DNA of 64,000 nt from contig CM022665.1 in assembly GCA_012295275.1 (NCBI GenBank), forward strand, positions 5,580,001 to 5,644,000, read 5' to 3'. Source of the stretch: Chrysomallon squamiferum (taxonomy: Eukaryota; Animalia; Mollusca). The translations under genes and the position numbers were made by a program. A model generated the notes under the pieces. It ran no database searches, was not told the origin of the DNA, and worked only from the letters and a program-made list of their open reading frames with translations. This document shows positions 51,601-64,000 of the stretch, one piece after another; the stretch's first letter is position 1, and the number at the start of each line of letters is the position of its first letter.

Positions 51601-52689
51601 CAACACCACCAAAGACAGTGAGTAGCCAACTGATAGACCAACAGACAAGTCCAGACAGAGATACAGACAGAAATGCAGTAAATCTACACTGAATTAATCT
51701 TATCACTATAAAACTATTATATATCTAAAGGAATATTAGAGATGCATATACTGAATTTGGCTGAAGTAAAACAATTCATTTCAGTCTTCAGATATTGGCA
51801 TTGTCAATTTCTTTTAGTCATTACTAATATACAAATTATAACTTATATATATAAAAAATAAAAAAAATAAAAATAAAAGAAGAAAAACAAAATTATATTA
51901 CATTTTTTTATTTCTTTCTTTATTTCTTTTTTTAAAATAATTTCAAGACAAAAATTGAGGAATACTAATTAGAACTAAATTATGAAATATCCAATACATC
52001 TAATTAAAGTGTGGGTCTTTGTCATCGAAGCTGAAATAAACAGGAGAAGAATTTGTGTAATCAAATTAATTCAAAAGACTGAGCAGAAGTTTCTCTGAGC
52101 TGTGACAAAATGAAAACAAACAATATTCACTGAAGTTGCAAGCCTGAACAGTTATTTGTCCAAGTCAGGGATATTTATTTGTTCTACCAGTACAAATATA
52201 AGTACCTTATTTGTACAAAAGATTTCTATTCAGGCTGTAAATATATCAGGTGAAACAGTTTTCCATAATCTGAAGTTATTAAGGTGTAATGTGTGTACAT
52301 GTACCAGTATGTCACATAGATGTGAATCAATAGCAGTTCTTTCATTTTAGTATATCACATCCATATACAAGTAAAATACAAAAAATTACAAATAATATTA
52401 AATATTTCTATTTATGAAGTATAACCATACACACAGTTTTATATTATTTTAACTTAACAACTATATCCCATCTACTATTACATTTTTATATGTCCGTATA
52501 AATTATCCTGGTTACTTTAAGCAAAAATATGTTCCCTAGTATATATCTGCCATTTACTTTTTTTATATCCCAGTGTAGAAATGGTATAATTATAAACAAA
52601 CAAGTCAGAAATTTAGTGGACAGAAGTGTTAGACCTAAAACAACTTCGGCATATAACTGAGGAGTCATATGTCTGCATAAATCAGTTTT

Positions 52690-52723
<34 letters not shown>

Positions 52724-55165
52724 GATGAAGATTAGTCACAGAAAAGAGATTTTTCATGGCTTACACTTCTGTTATGCCCTGGTAGGAAGTGAGCAATGTT
52801 GTTGTAGTTAGTGTATGATTTAAAAAAACAAAACATTTTAACAAAATTCTCAAAATAATTTTAGAAAATGGTTATATGATATCATTCACTGGATTAAGGG
52901 CCATGCAGATAAGGAGAGATTGCATCCACTGCTGTCACATAATGAACTGCTCCTTTTCAGTAGGAGTGAGGGATATTTTATTTGTATCTTATATATATAT
53001 ATATAAAGCAATTCTTTTAAAACAATGCTAACATTCTATCACAGGTAACATCAACTGCAAACTTGGCTGTCGGATTAAGTACAAGGATTACTAACATACT
53101 ACAAATGAATAATTTAATATCTACAAGAGATAATAGCATAGATAAATATATAAACAGTTAAGGGCAAACAAAGGAGAGAGATGATTTTTAGTAGATTTCC
53201 AATATTTCCACTTGTAAATTTTTAATGAGTAGAAAACTATTAAGGTATGTCTGTCATAGACAGATAACTATTCAATATGCCTGTCACAGACAGATAACTA
53301 TTCAAGTATGCCTGTCACACTCATAGACAGATAATATTCAAGTATGCCTGTCACAGACAGATAACTATTCAAGTATGCCTGTCATACTCATAGACAGATA
53401 ACTATCCAATATGCCTGTCATACTCATAGACAGATAACTATCCAATATGCCTGTCATAGACAGATAATATTCAAGTATGCCTGTCACAGACAGATAACTA
53501 TTCAAGTATGCCTGTCACAGACAAATAACTATTCAAGTATGCCTGTCATAGACAGATAACTAACTATACAAGTATGCCTGTCACAGACAGATAACTATAC
53601 AAATATGCCTGTCATAGACAAATAACTATACAAGTATGCCTGTCATAGACAAATAACTATACAAGTATGCCTGTCACAGACAAATAACTATACAAGTATG
53701 CCTGTCATACTCATAGACAGATAACTATCCAATATGCCTGTCATAGACAGATAACTATTCAAGTATGCCTGCCATAGACATTTAACTATTCAATATGCCT
53801 GTCATAGACAGATAACTAACTATTCAAGTATGCCTGTCATACTCATAGACAGATAATATTCAAGTATGCCTCTCAGACAGATAATATTCAAGTATGCCTG
53901 CCATAGACATTTAACTATCCAATATGCCTGCCATAGACATTTAACTATCCAATATGCCTGTCATAGACAGATAACTAACTATTCAAGTATGCCTGTCATA
54001 CTCATAGACAAATAATATTCAAGTATGCCTCTCAGACATAATATTCAAGTATGCCTCTCAGACATAATATTCAAGTATGCTTGTTATGATCAGATGACAA
54101 GACAGGATCGCCTGTTATGGACAGAGAACTATTCAAAAACGGTTTAAATGTCTTTCATAGATAAAACATCTGATTTAATGGCCAGAAAAGTTCCATCCAA
54201 GTAATGCTTTAAAAACAAATACATATACAGATTTTGAAATTAACCAGAATATGATTAAAAAATGTTGTGAGATAATTTATCTATATGTAAGCTGTGTTTT
54301 CTTCGCACTTTAGTATTAATGGAATTACAAGATCACTGATGTTTCAAAACATCAACACTGCAAAAACAGACTAAAATTTAAACAGTGAAAAGAAAGCAGA
54401 CATGAAGAATTTTAATCCTACACAGCCGAACTGGAGGTTTCACATACCTGCACCCATGTACCCACAAATCCATATATCACGAAGAAAGAAAGAACAGTGA
54501 AAGAAAACAAAAAATTAAAATTAAAAATTATGGGAAATCAGTTGGCATACATACAAGGAGCGATTAGGTAAATACACTCTCGTTACAGCTATAATACCAA
54601 ATACTTCTATTACAATAAAACATTTGATCTGCACATTACTGAAATAAATAATCCTAAAACTAACTTCCATACAAATTTCAATAAAATACATCCTTTGTGC
54701 CAAGAACCTCCTACTCGAAAAACAAATCCTACACACAGTCTTACGTTCTTACATAATTCTATTATCAAATTTACATCTACCACCTTATACCTGTTTATGC
54801 TAGAAGAAGGAGAAAAAATTAAACTTCAAAAGTACTCAAGTAAATCAGCAGACAATCAAAACAAGATTATCAAGATAACAATGGATTCTGAGATAATCTA
54901 ACAATAAAATCCATACAATCAATACGTACGAATAGTCCATTCAAGTCATGTCACGTTTTGAGGCAAGTTTGCTTTATTGCAAAACCAACAAAAACGGAGA
55001 TTTAAATTCCCAAGCATTTAAACTTTTTCTTTTATATGCAAACAACAAACACAGAACACATGCACATACATACATACATACATGCAGACACATACATAGA
55101 TACAAAGACGCACATACACACACAAATTTACATACATACCAACCCAAACACATGCACACATGTAC

Positions 55166-55198
<33 letters not shown>

Positions 55199-55591
55199 TA
55201 CATATTTTCTTCTTTCTTTTTCTTATTCTTCTTAAGAATTATAAAAAAAAAAAAAAATTAAAAAAAAATTAAAAAATTCTCTATTTAACAAAGTGACAAT
55301 TTTTTCTCTTTTTTTTAAATTTTTTTTTATTTATTATTATTATTTTTTTTCCTTTCCACCCTTTGTGTGGGGTGATTTTTTGTCTGTGTAGTCTGTACTT
55401 GCCCTGGCACTGGTTGCATAAGTCAAATCTGTCTCATACTTATCCAGTGTCGCCTGCCGAGTTCAACATGCTCGGCATTAATGGACATGACTGGAACAGG
55501 CAAAAACTTGCAGATGGAAGGAAAACTCGACATTCCTGTCAGACGTTTGAACAGATGCCAAGATATTGATTCACGTTCTCTGTATGTGTAC

Positions 55592-55638
<47 letters not shown>

Positions 55639-58600
55639 CAGGAAAATGGAATCAGGATAATAAATTAATAAATCCTTATTTTGGTCAGTGACCAGCAGAT
55701 ATATTAGCATGGTAGCTATCAATTAAGAATATTGTATACTTTTAATTTTAATTTTTTTTTTTTTTTTTTTTTTTTTCAATCAATATAGAAATAACAAATT
55801 TTGACAGATATGGTTTATGTTGCTCACAATAAACACACACAAAAAAAAAAATCATTTGCTGTATAACAGAAACCATTTGTTCTACTTATATTCTCCTTTA
55901 ACTAATTATAGCTGGAAATAAACTGAATGATATATTGCATGAATTCAAAGTGACGTTAAAAGAAGATATGATATATAACTGAAAATTAATCGTAAGTAGT
56001 AAAACTGGTATGTAAAAACGATGGTACTATAAAAGTAGGTGTGCCATGTAAATGGTTTTAATTATTACAAATAAAGAGAGAGTTTTGACAGATTCAGGTA
56101 GAATGATTGATAGACAGAGAGACAGACAATCATATGAAAAGACAGACTGACTTAATAATGTATTTACTGACTGACTGAGTCATAGACTGAACTGATTAAT
56201 TGATTGATTCATCAACTGATTGGACTCGATTTTACTGATCAACAAATTAGACTGATATCAGTAAAAGATGGCTGTGTAACATTTATGTGTTTGTATGTCT
56301 TGTGTGTTTGAAAATATGTATGTGTGTGTGTATGTATGTATGTAAACTGATATATGTAAATTATGCAAATATGGCTCATTTAAAGTGACATGTTTATACA
56401 TGCATGTGCTCAAATGTAAATGTACTTATGTAAATCCATAAAATTCATTTGAATCAATATTGTTACTATAACTTCTATATGTCTCTATATAGGTGAGGTT
56501 TTTTTTAATATACATACATACATAAACACATAAACACATATATAGAGAGATAGATATAGACAGACATACATAGACAGATGGATAGACAGACAGGCAGACA
56601 AAGATGATTATTATAAACCAAAATAAAAACTTTAAAGTTAAGACTTGTATGAATGATTAATAATAAATGAAGAATGTAATATTCAGAGTATTCTATGTGG
56701 AACTGATAAATGTAAATACAAAACACAAACAAATCAGGTAACAGGATGAACTTTAAATAAAAAAGAGCCATGTTTTAATTTCTGTTACAACTTTTATGAT
56801 ATCAGCACAGACAGTCTTTTATACATATAACATTCTATGAGTATGGTAGATTTTTTTGTTAAATTTATATACAGAATTGAGTCCTTTTTTTTACTAGTTT
56901 TGTTTTTAACCAAATTTCTCAACAAATATAGAAAATTCATTTTTAATTCACTCAGTTGTTACATAAAAGAACTAATTTTAAATTTTAAGTTTCTAAAATT
57001 TAAAACAACTGCTCACACATTTAATGAAGTATTATTATTTAAAAAAATTAAATATACATAAATAAATAAATAATAATTTTGGTAAATAATAATCAGTTAA
57101 TATTAAAATAAAAATGAGTGAAGACATGTTAAAGTTGATGTTTCACTTCAGTTAGGTCTTATTCTAATTACATATTCATATATTGGCTAATTTTATTATA
57201 TATATAAATCATTTACCACTAACAAATGTGGTAATTTGTACGCATCATTAAATAATCTGATATTCATAAAGCTGACTTGGATAGATGGGTGGAGGGATGG
57301 ATGGATGGATGGATCAGTCAGCGATTAAAATGAATTTAAAAAATACACAAATACTGTACATAATGTATACATATATGAATAGATATACACGCATTCACAC
57401 ATGCTCATACATATATATAAATCATACATACATATATACATACATACATACATATAAATCATACATACATATATACATACATACATACATACGTACATAC
57501 ATACATACATAAATACGTAATACATAAATACATAAATTCAAACACCCATGAAAGCATCCATATATACATATATGAATACACATGTACATATACATATACA
57601 CACATACACACAAAAGCTTAAAAATATACGTATGTACACACAATCGTATGTGTGCACACACACACACACACACTCATATACAACTATCAGACTGGGTATA
57701 TATCTTTAAGCATGCATGGACAGCTATCAATTCAGATTACTCAACAAATTGCAAACTTGTGTACATTTGTTGGACCCGTTGATCAATACAGCTGAAACAT
57801 AAGGGTGAACCAACACAACAAAATCAATATCATTAGCTACCCATCATTACAGACAAAACAGAAACACGATTCTTGTTTTGTCGCTACGGTAGCTGGAGTG
57901 GTGCCAAGGATCTCCTGTTTTCCAATCATAAACTGGATACTATCTGCAATTCCCTGGCATCGCAAATCGCCTACTGTCTCCTAACAACAGAACAGAAACT
58001 CAGCAATAAAGCGTGCAAGCAGGAACATGTTGCTGACTGGCTCATTACTCGTTACGGCCTCAGCATGACATATTAGTTTTTGTTTTTATTTATCGTTATT
58101 AAATTGCTGATAACATGGCTTCGGTAATGTTGTTTTAGTCGAATCTACACACAAAAGCGTGAAAATGAAAAGCGAGAGTAAACATTCATCTGTGATGAAA
58201 AGTAATCAAATTAAAAACCTAAATTTTTTTTTTTTTTTTTTTTTTTTAAGACATAATAATAGTAAATAAATTAAAAAAAATAATAATAATAATCAAACAT
58301 TAATTTTTGTTAGTTTAATTACATTCCGCGAGTACAAGTCATTTTCATTTACCTCCTCAGAATGCTGATTAAATATGGATTTAATGTTCAGTGCAAAATG
58401 TTTTAAATTTGTGAATGTGTGGGCATTAGTCTCTGTTTGAGTCAGTGAGTGTTTTTATTCTCTGACAGCATTGCTTTTATTATTTTAAATTTAATTTATT
58501 ATTGCATTGTGTACAGTTACAATAATATTATTATTAAATATTATAATTATTATTATTATTATTACTATCATCACCATCATGAGAATAACAGTAATGCTAA

Positions 58601-59172
58601 ATTCAAATTATTATTTCTATTTTCATTAAGTAATAATATCCTCTTTTAATATCTAGACCTGTTAAAAATAACTTTTAAAAATTATATCAGCTACTCAAGT
58701 GTTTGTTTTTTTTCCTTGTCAGAATAATGATTATTGTTTTCCTCCAAACACACTTGACTCTAAATCTGAACATATGATTCATCAACTACAATAAATTCTG
58801 GCCCCAAATGTAAAACACTTCCTCCCCTTGTTTTATCTTAATTTTTTACCTGTTTCAAAGGAATGGACACATGGCATAAGGAAAATTTTGACAGCTGTAA
58901 TTCACATGACTATAACTAATTCACAAATTAACATTTTTAACAGAATCGAAAAAAGATAAACAACGATAATGAACCATTTCTGTATATTTTACAATTACAA
59001 TATCTGATTAAAAAAAATTAATAATAATTTTTAAAAATTTGTTGTTATTTTTTTTACTTACAAGAGGTACACTGACGGTTATCTCTTCTTCCACTACATA
59101 CTGTCTTTTTGAACTAGTTGATTCAGGCTGGGGTGAGGTGGGCGCTTCCAGCAACACTGCCCCTCCTGGAGT
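37047..59172 (-). CDS. MDM2: E3 ubiquitin-protein ligase MDM2/MDM4-like (single invertebrate MDM)
   Basis: Phase-consistent exons in transcription order: 59172-59062, 48689-48615 (VRPKQDFLFILKQAGARGEVFTRKE), 47447-47314 (ICFFLKNYIGSRKLYDPNDPRVVYCKEDFLGKVFGV, SWIB/p53-binding domain), 46683-46578, 46457-46286, 39738-39581, 39286-39116 (acidic FSVEYEVES), 38860-38771, 38345-37047 (RanBP2 zinc finger WTCGECQEKNSPVQRYCSRCW; C2H2C4 RING CMICLSRPKTASIIHGSSGHQVCCYTCAKRLKRKGKCCPVCRRSIQKVVRNFIL*). About 771 aa; the start exon lies further upstream. Confidence 0.95.
44960..45200 (+). mobile_element. Decayed tRNA-derived SINE
   Basis: A-box-like TAGCAAACTGGTAGAGCA head followed by a core (...TTCCAACCA...GTGCATGTAAAAGATATCTTGCTGCTAA). 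Related decayed pieces at ~237-540, ~38620-38760, ~40650-40860 and ~41080-41350 (+), and ~42060-42190, ~46060-46200, ~50930-51016 and ~52890-52990 (-). Confidence 0.55.
48145..48336 (-). pseudogene. Degenerate duplicate of the MDM p53-binding exon (3' part plus flanking intron)
   Basis: 48145-48314 aligns to 47217-47408. Translation NDPRMVYCKEYILGKVFGV vs NDPRVVYCKEDFLGKVFGV. It has a 16-nt deletion and retains the GTTAGT donor. Confidence 0.8.
53235..54135. repeat. ~31-bp minisatellite (about 27-28 units) in MDM intron
   Basis: Unit TATTCAAGTATGCCTGTCATAGACAGATAAC with variants (ACTCAT insertion, TATCCAATATG, GCCATAGACATT). Confidence 0.95.
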
Positions 59173-59364
59173 CTGTAAATAACATTAAAATCACATTCAG
59201 TCACATTTAAATGTAGAACAAAAACATCATGATGTAAGATTACATGAAACTGGATTTAATAAAAAAAATTCCGACATCGGTCAATGAATTTGTTCTCTTC
59301 TGTGATTTTTAAACTAATATGCTCAACTGACTGACTTACTGACTGACTGATGTTCTGAATAATA

Positions 59365-59835
59365 AGTAAATGTTTTAATCTCAGTGGTAACTATTACTCA
59401 CTAAGTAAAGGTTTTAACCTCACACAGATATATTTCAATAGCAAACACGTTTTGAACACTAAATTGTTTAACCTCAAAGGGTAAATGTTTTAACATCACA
59501 TAGTAAATGTTTTAACATCACATAGTAAATGTTTAACTTCTAGTAAATGTTTCAGATGTACATAGTATATGTTTTCACTTTACAACATAAGTTTTAAATC
59601 TTACACAGTGAATATTTTAACCTCAAAGGGTAAAGGTTAGTGTCACAGTTGTTTTAGCTTACAGTGTAAATATTATAATCAGATTCAGTAAATGTTTCAG
59701 CCTCATACAGTAATTATTTTAACCATACATGGTAAATGTCTTAACCTCGTCTAGTAAAGGTTTTAACTTCACATGTAAATGTTCTAACCCCAAACAATAA
59801 ATATTTCAGCCAAACACAGTAAACATTTTAACTAT
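59365..59835. repeat. Degenerate ~21-bp tandem repeat
   Basis: Recurrent AGTAAATGTTTTAACMTCAC-like units, e.g. two near-perfect copies at 59481-59524. Confidence 0.75.
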
Positions 59836-60077
59836 TGTTTACTGAATATCTATGAAGCCATCATCACTAAGCCATCAAATTGCAGATTTAATAAAATATT
59901 GTTGCACTACAGAAATATCTTAAACATTATCTGTATTTGCCTTAAAAAAATCAATATAAAGAAGCAGCATCCATCACAAATTGATAAAATAAAAGTAATC
60001 AAAAGTAATAAAATAAAATACTCTGACTGGCAATAATGACACATTAGTAGATAAAAATAGTAATAATATAATAATAA

Positions 60078-60110
<33 letters not shown>

Positions 60111-61754
60111 AAAAATACAAAATTCTTATTATAACCATATTATGAAGTAGTTAATTTGAGCTTCAGCACAAGATAAATTAAAATTAAAATTAGTGTACAG
60201 TGCAACAGAAAGTGAATACTCTAATAATATTAGTGAGTATTCAAATTAAAAATAAAATCAGCATTACTGAGCTACTTTTAAAATATATTCATCACACACA
60301 CACACACACACACATATTTGTTTGATAAGATTAAACAATTAAGAATTAAAATTTAAAACCAGTATAAAATGTCAGTGTCTTAATTACTTTCCAAATAAAT
60401 CTATATATCTTTATTATTTTGTATTTGATTTGATTATCTATTTTTATGTATTTACTCATTCATTCATTCATTCATTTATCAAATAACCTTTAAACAGAAA
60501 TATGTTGTATACAAAAATTTCATATATTTTTGTAATTATTTTTCACATAAGTCAGTATATCTCTTCAATAAAAATTTCTTTTCAAATCTTAATTGTTCAG
60601 TCTAAATTCATTTTAAACCAAACATTTGTACAAAATCAACCACATACATAAAAAAAAAAAAATTGGAGATAAAATATCACTGAAATAAATAAAACAGATA
60701 CAAGGAAAAAGTAAAAGATAACCGGTGTTTTTAAGACAGACACACAAATATTGTGATCTAAAGATTACAAATTGGTGGGACAGCTCATAAAATACTCAGT
60801 GCCATTGTGTGTGTGTTTAAAATTAATCTCAGAGGCTCTCCTCCTGAGAATATAAATGCTTACTGAAATGCTTAAGTTTGTCACACAAGTGAAAAGATAT
60901 GAATGAGTTGTGACCAGTCATACCAAAGAGCAAAGCGTACACTATTATGTTTTGGTTTATTTTTAATTTAGATTTTTATGTCAGTGGATTACATATTTGT
61001 TTTCAGTTTGGTTAGTTTCAGAAAAACGAAAATACTTTTGGGTTAACATTAATTTTTTTGTGTGCAGTTATTTTCAAAAATTATTATTTTAAACTATTTA
61101 TTATTATTTTTATTATTACTTTTTTTTTTTTAAATTTTTTTTTATTATTATTTTTTTTTTTTTGTTGCTAGATCATATATTTATTTTTGGTACGTTGAAA
61201 TTCACAAAAAAATCAAATCAAACAAATATTAATTCTGAATGTGATTGTTTTAGAAAGATTTTATTTTGTCTGTAATATTATATACTATTAACAGTTTCTT
61301 TTTGTTAATAAACAGGTAAAATTTGTTATTTAGTGTTAGGTTAGTTTCAGAAAATCACAAGAGCTGAATATCATTAAATTTGTATACATTTTTATATTTA
61401 AATCTTTAGACAGCAGGTGTGTTCAGTTCAGAACATTTTTGTCATTAATTATCTTTTAAAACTAGACATTTCATTAGCAAAGAGAATATGTTTGTTTTGA
61501 GTATCATCATTTTGAAAAATTAAACTTGTTATTTTATTTGTTTAGTTCAGTATTTAGACATTTTATTAGGTATCAATATGTTTCATGTGTATTTTGTGTT
61601 TCTTTCAGTTTAATCAGATGTCTTTGTTTCAATACAGTTTAATATTTGAATTTTTTAATAGCACGTAATGTTCATATTGTGTGTGGGTTTTTTAGAAAAT
61701 TAAGATTGGTGATAATCATGTCAATAAAGGATTTCTATTATTTATGAACTCCTA

Positions 61755-61791
<37 letters not shown>

Positions 61792-62412
61792 ATGTACACA
61801 AAAGATTTGTGTTTTAATAATAATAGCAATTTAATTGGCAAAAGCAAAAATAATTTAATATTTTTAAACACAGAAATTTTAAATTAGATGGAAACAAATA
61901 ATAATAAAAGTATAAATAATAATATATCTACATAATTAAGGGTTTATATATATAAAATAATTAACACAGTTAAAAAAAATATTATTAATTTTATATCATA
62001 CTTTCAGATGAAGAAATTGAAGATATACACATGAACACACATATACACCCAAAAGGATGAACTGAAAATAAAGCTTTTTCTAAACATTTAATTAAAACAA
62101 GTACATCATAAAAATATTTTAAAAAAGCTTTAAAAATCATGATTTTATATCTGCTTAAAGATACTAATAAATACATATATACAAAACATAAACACAAAGA
62201 TGCATGTACTCAAACACAAAACACAGACACACAGAAATAAATAAATAACCACTGATAAAGAGCTATAATCTATTTTCAAATTAAATAAAAATTATAATTT
62301 AAAACAAAAAAAATATGACAAATCACATGTTCTTACATTAACAACAACAAAATAATAACAATATTAACAATAAATTTACTATCAGTATAAGACTTAACAA
62401 TTGTATTAAAAA

Positions 62413-62474
<62 letters not shown>

Positions 62475-62961
62475 GCCACAAAGCAAAAAACAATTAAAAC
62501 AACTTTACTGACCAATATTAAAAATGGCATCGTGGAAGCCATCCAAGTCTGATAGAGATCCTGCCACCCAAACGATATGGAATCGGCAGTTATATAAAGA
62601 GACACAAACCAAACATTATTAACCACTCAAATCAGTGGGCCAGCTCTCCCAGAGAGTTGTAAAGACTGTGCACAGGTTGGAACAACACCTGATCAATGGT
62701 AGAACATGTCACAGCATGGAACCAGTATCTTGGCAATGTGGTAAACTTTCTCTGCCATTAGTAACACAGTGCTAATATGTTTGTTGTATTAATAAATGAG
62801 CCACCCAGCAGCTGCCCCATGCAAAGATATAATTTGCACGTGGTGTCACTTTTCAGGTGCTTTGTTTCATTTTTTTTTATCAACTGATTATGTGAAAACA
62901 ATAATTATAATAAAACAAAAAGTCATATCTCGGAATAACTGATGTTGATTTATTTTTTCAC

Positions 62962-63016
<55 letters not shown>

Positions 63017-63865
63017 AATTAAACATGTTGATACTGGTAGAGTCTATATTAAGGCAAATATTTATTTTTTTTTTTTTTTTTTTTTTGTATTGTTTTTAAA
63101 AGTCCTTTTCACTATAAAGCAACCATTTCTTTTACAAGAGGCTCATTAGAAAAACAGGAATTATGTACAGTTAATTAATTATAATTTTACTGTCTGATAT
63201 GTATTTCTTTTTTTCTTTTCTTTTTTTCACTTTTCCCATACATGTATGAACAAGAATAAAACTTACTGAAACATGAAACCAACAAGATTAATATTTTTTT
63301 CCTGCCTTTGTAAGTGACACTAGTAACTATTTTAAAACCATTCCATAATTAAGGGATTTTTTGTTTTAATAACAATACATCTAGTTGCTAAATTGATTTT
63401 ATAACAAGATTATCTGAATTAAAATAAAATCATAAAAATGAAATAATGTTACAGCTTAGCCCTTTGATGAGGATAAATAAAAATTGATTAAAAACAAATT
63501 AAACTGAATTAGTAATACACCGATTCAGTCAGAAGAGGATTTAAATATGAACATTTCTGAGTGTGTATTCTTTCTTTTGTTCTTTCTTTGTTCTCTGTAT
63601 CTCTCTTAGGTTCAGTCTGCCTTCCTTTTTCCCCAACCCCTGTTTTCATAGCCTAATTCTCCTCTTTCTCATAACACACATAACGAACTTGTATAATTAG
63701 TTTATATATATATATGATAGATCTACTTAACAAACAATGTGGACAAAATATATGAGGTAAGCAAAGTTATGTTACAACTGACATTATTAAGCTTCATTCA
63801 CTATTATCTATATGCACTATCTGTCTGTCTACAGATAAATATATCTACTTATGTATATTTAGTCA

Positions 63866-63896
63866 TAACATGTTCAAACTTACCCAAATCATGTCC
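63866..63896. promoter_or_regulatory. p53-response-element-like site (three half-sites)
   Basis: TAACATGTTC AAACTTACCC a AATCATGTCC; each half-site is 9/10 to RRRCWWGYYY; located in the 5' region of MDM. Confidence 0.45.
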
Positions 63897-63908
63897 AGAG
63901 GCAACATT
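63884..63908 (-). CDS. Candidate MDM start micro-exon (MLPLDMIW)
   Basis: tttgccag|A ATG TTG CCT CTG GAC ATG ATT TGG|gtaagt: perfect phase-0 donor compatible with the exon starting at 59172, with two in-frame ATGs. The acceptor tract is weak. Confidence 0.3.
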
Positions 63909-64000
63909 CTGGCAAATATCCAGGCAGGTAAACTGGAACTTTCCAATCAGAACAATTTCAAATTTCTGATCTGAGAACTGCATTACAATGCAATACGATG

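Noticed and set aside
53235-54135. Palindromic ~31-bp repeats resembling a CRISPR array
   Set aside because: Units are head-to-tail with no unique spacers, there are no cas genes, and the context is a eukaryotic intron.

Overview
AT-rich, microsatellite-laden, intron-rich animal genomic DNA. A mollusc/lophotrochozoan origin is plausible from the style of the decayed tRNA-derived SINEs, but this is inference. Four spliced protein-coding genes can be reconstructed by hand: (1) the 3' part of an EFCAB6-like multi-EF-hand gene (+, <938-9506); (2) an apparently intact ~262-aa gene (+, 12625-15479) made from a duplicate of the last six exons of gene 1, with its own CRE promoter and a GC-AG intron; (3) katanin p60 (+, 21549-30291); (4) an invertebrate MDM2/MDM4 orthologue (-, 37047 to at least 59172). 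The most striking feature is in katanin. The 159-nt exon encoding Walker A and pore loop 1 is present as two intact tandem copies (SKYRG vs SKYHG), which looks like a mutually exclusive exon pair. Each copy is followed by a juxtaposed acceptor/donor (CAG|GT) ratchet-like site, and an Rbfox TGCATG motif lies between them. Other notable items: a 2-nt frameshift in the first katanin coding exon, a candidate hidden small minus-strand gene at 17.4-18.6 kb, p53-response-element-like sites and motif clusters in MDM introns, a decayed copy of an MDM p53-binding exon, a fossil Tc1/mariner transposase, local duplications and a 31-bp minisatellite. Most ORFs in the supplied track are microsatellite artefacts. 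All exon models were read by eye and have no transcript support.
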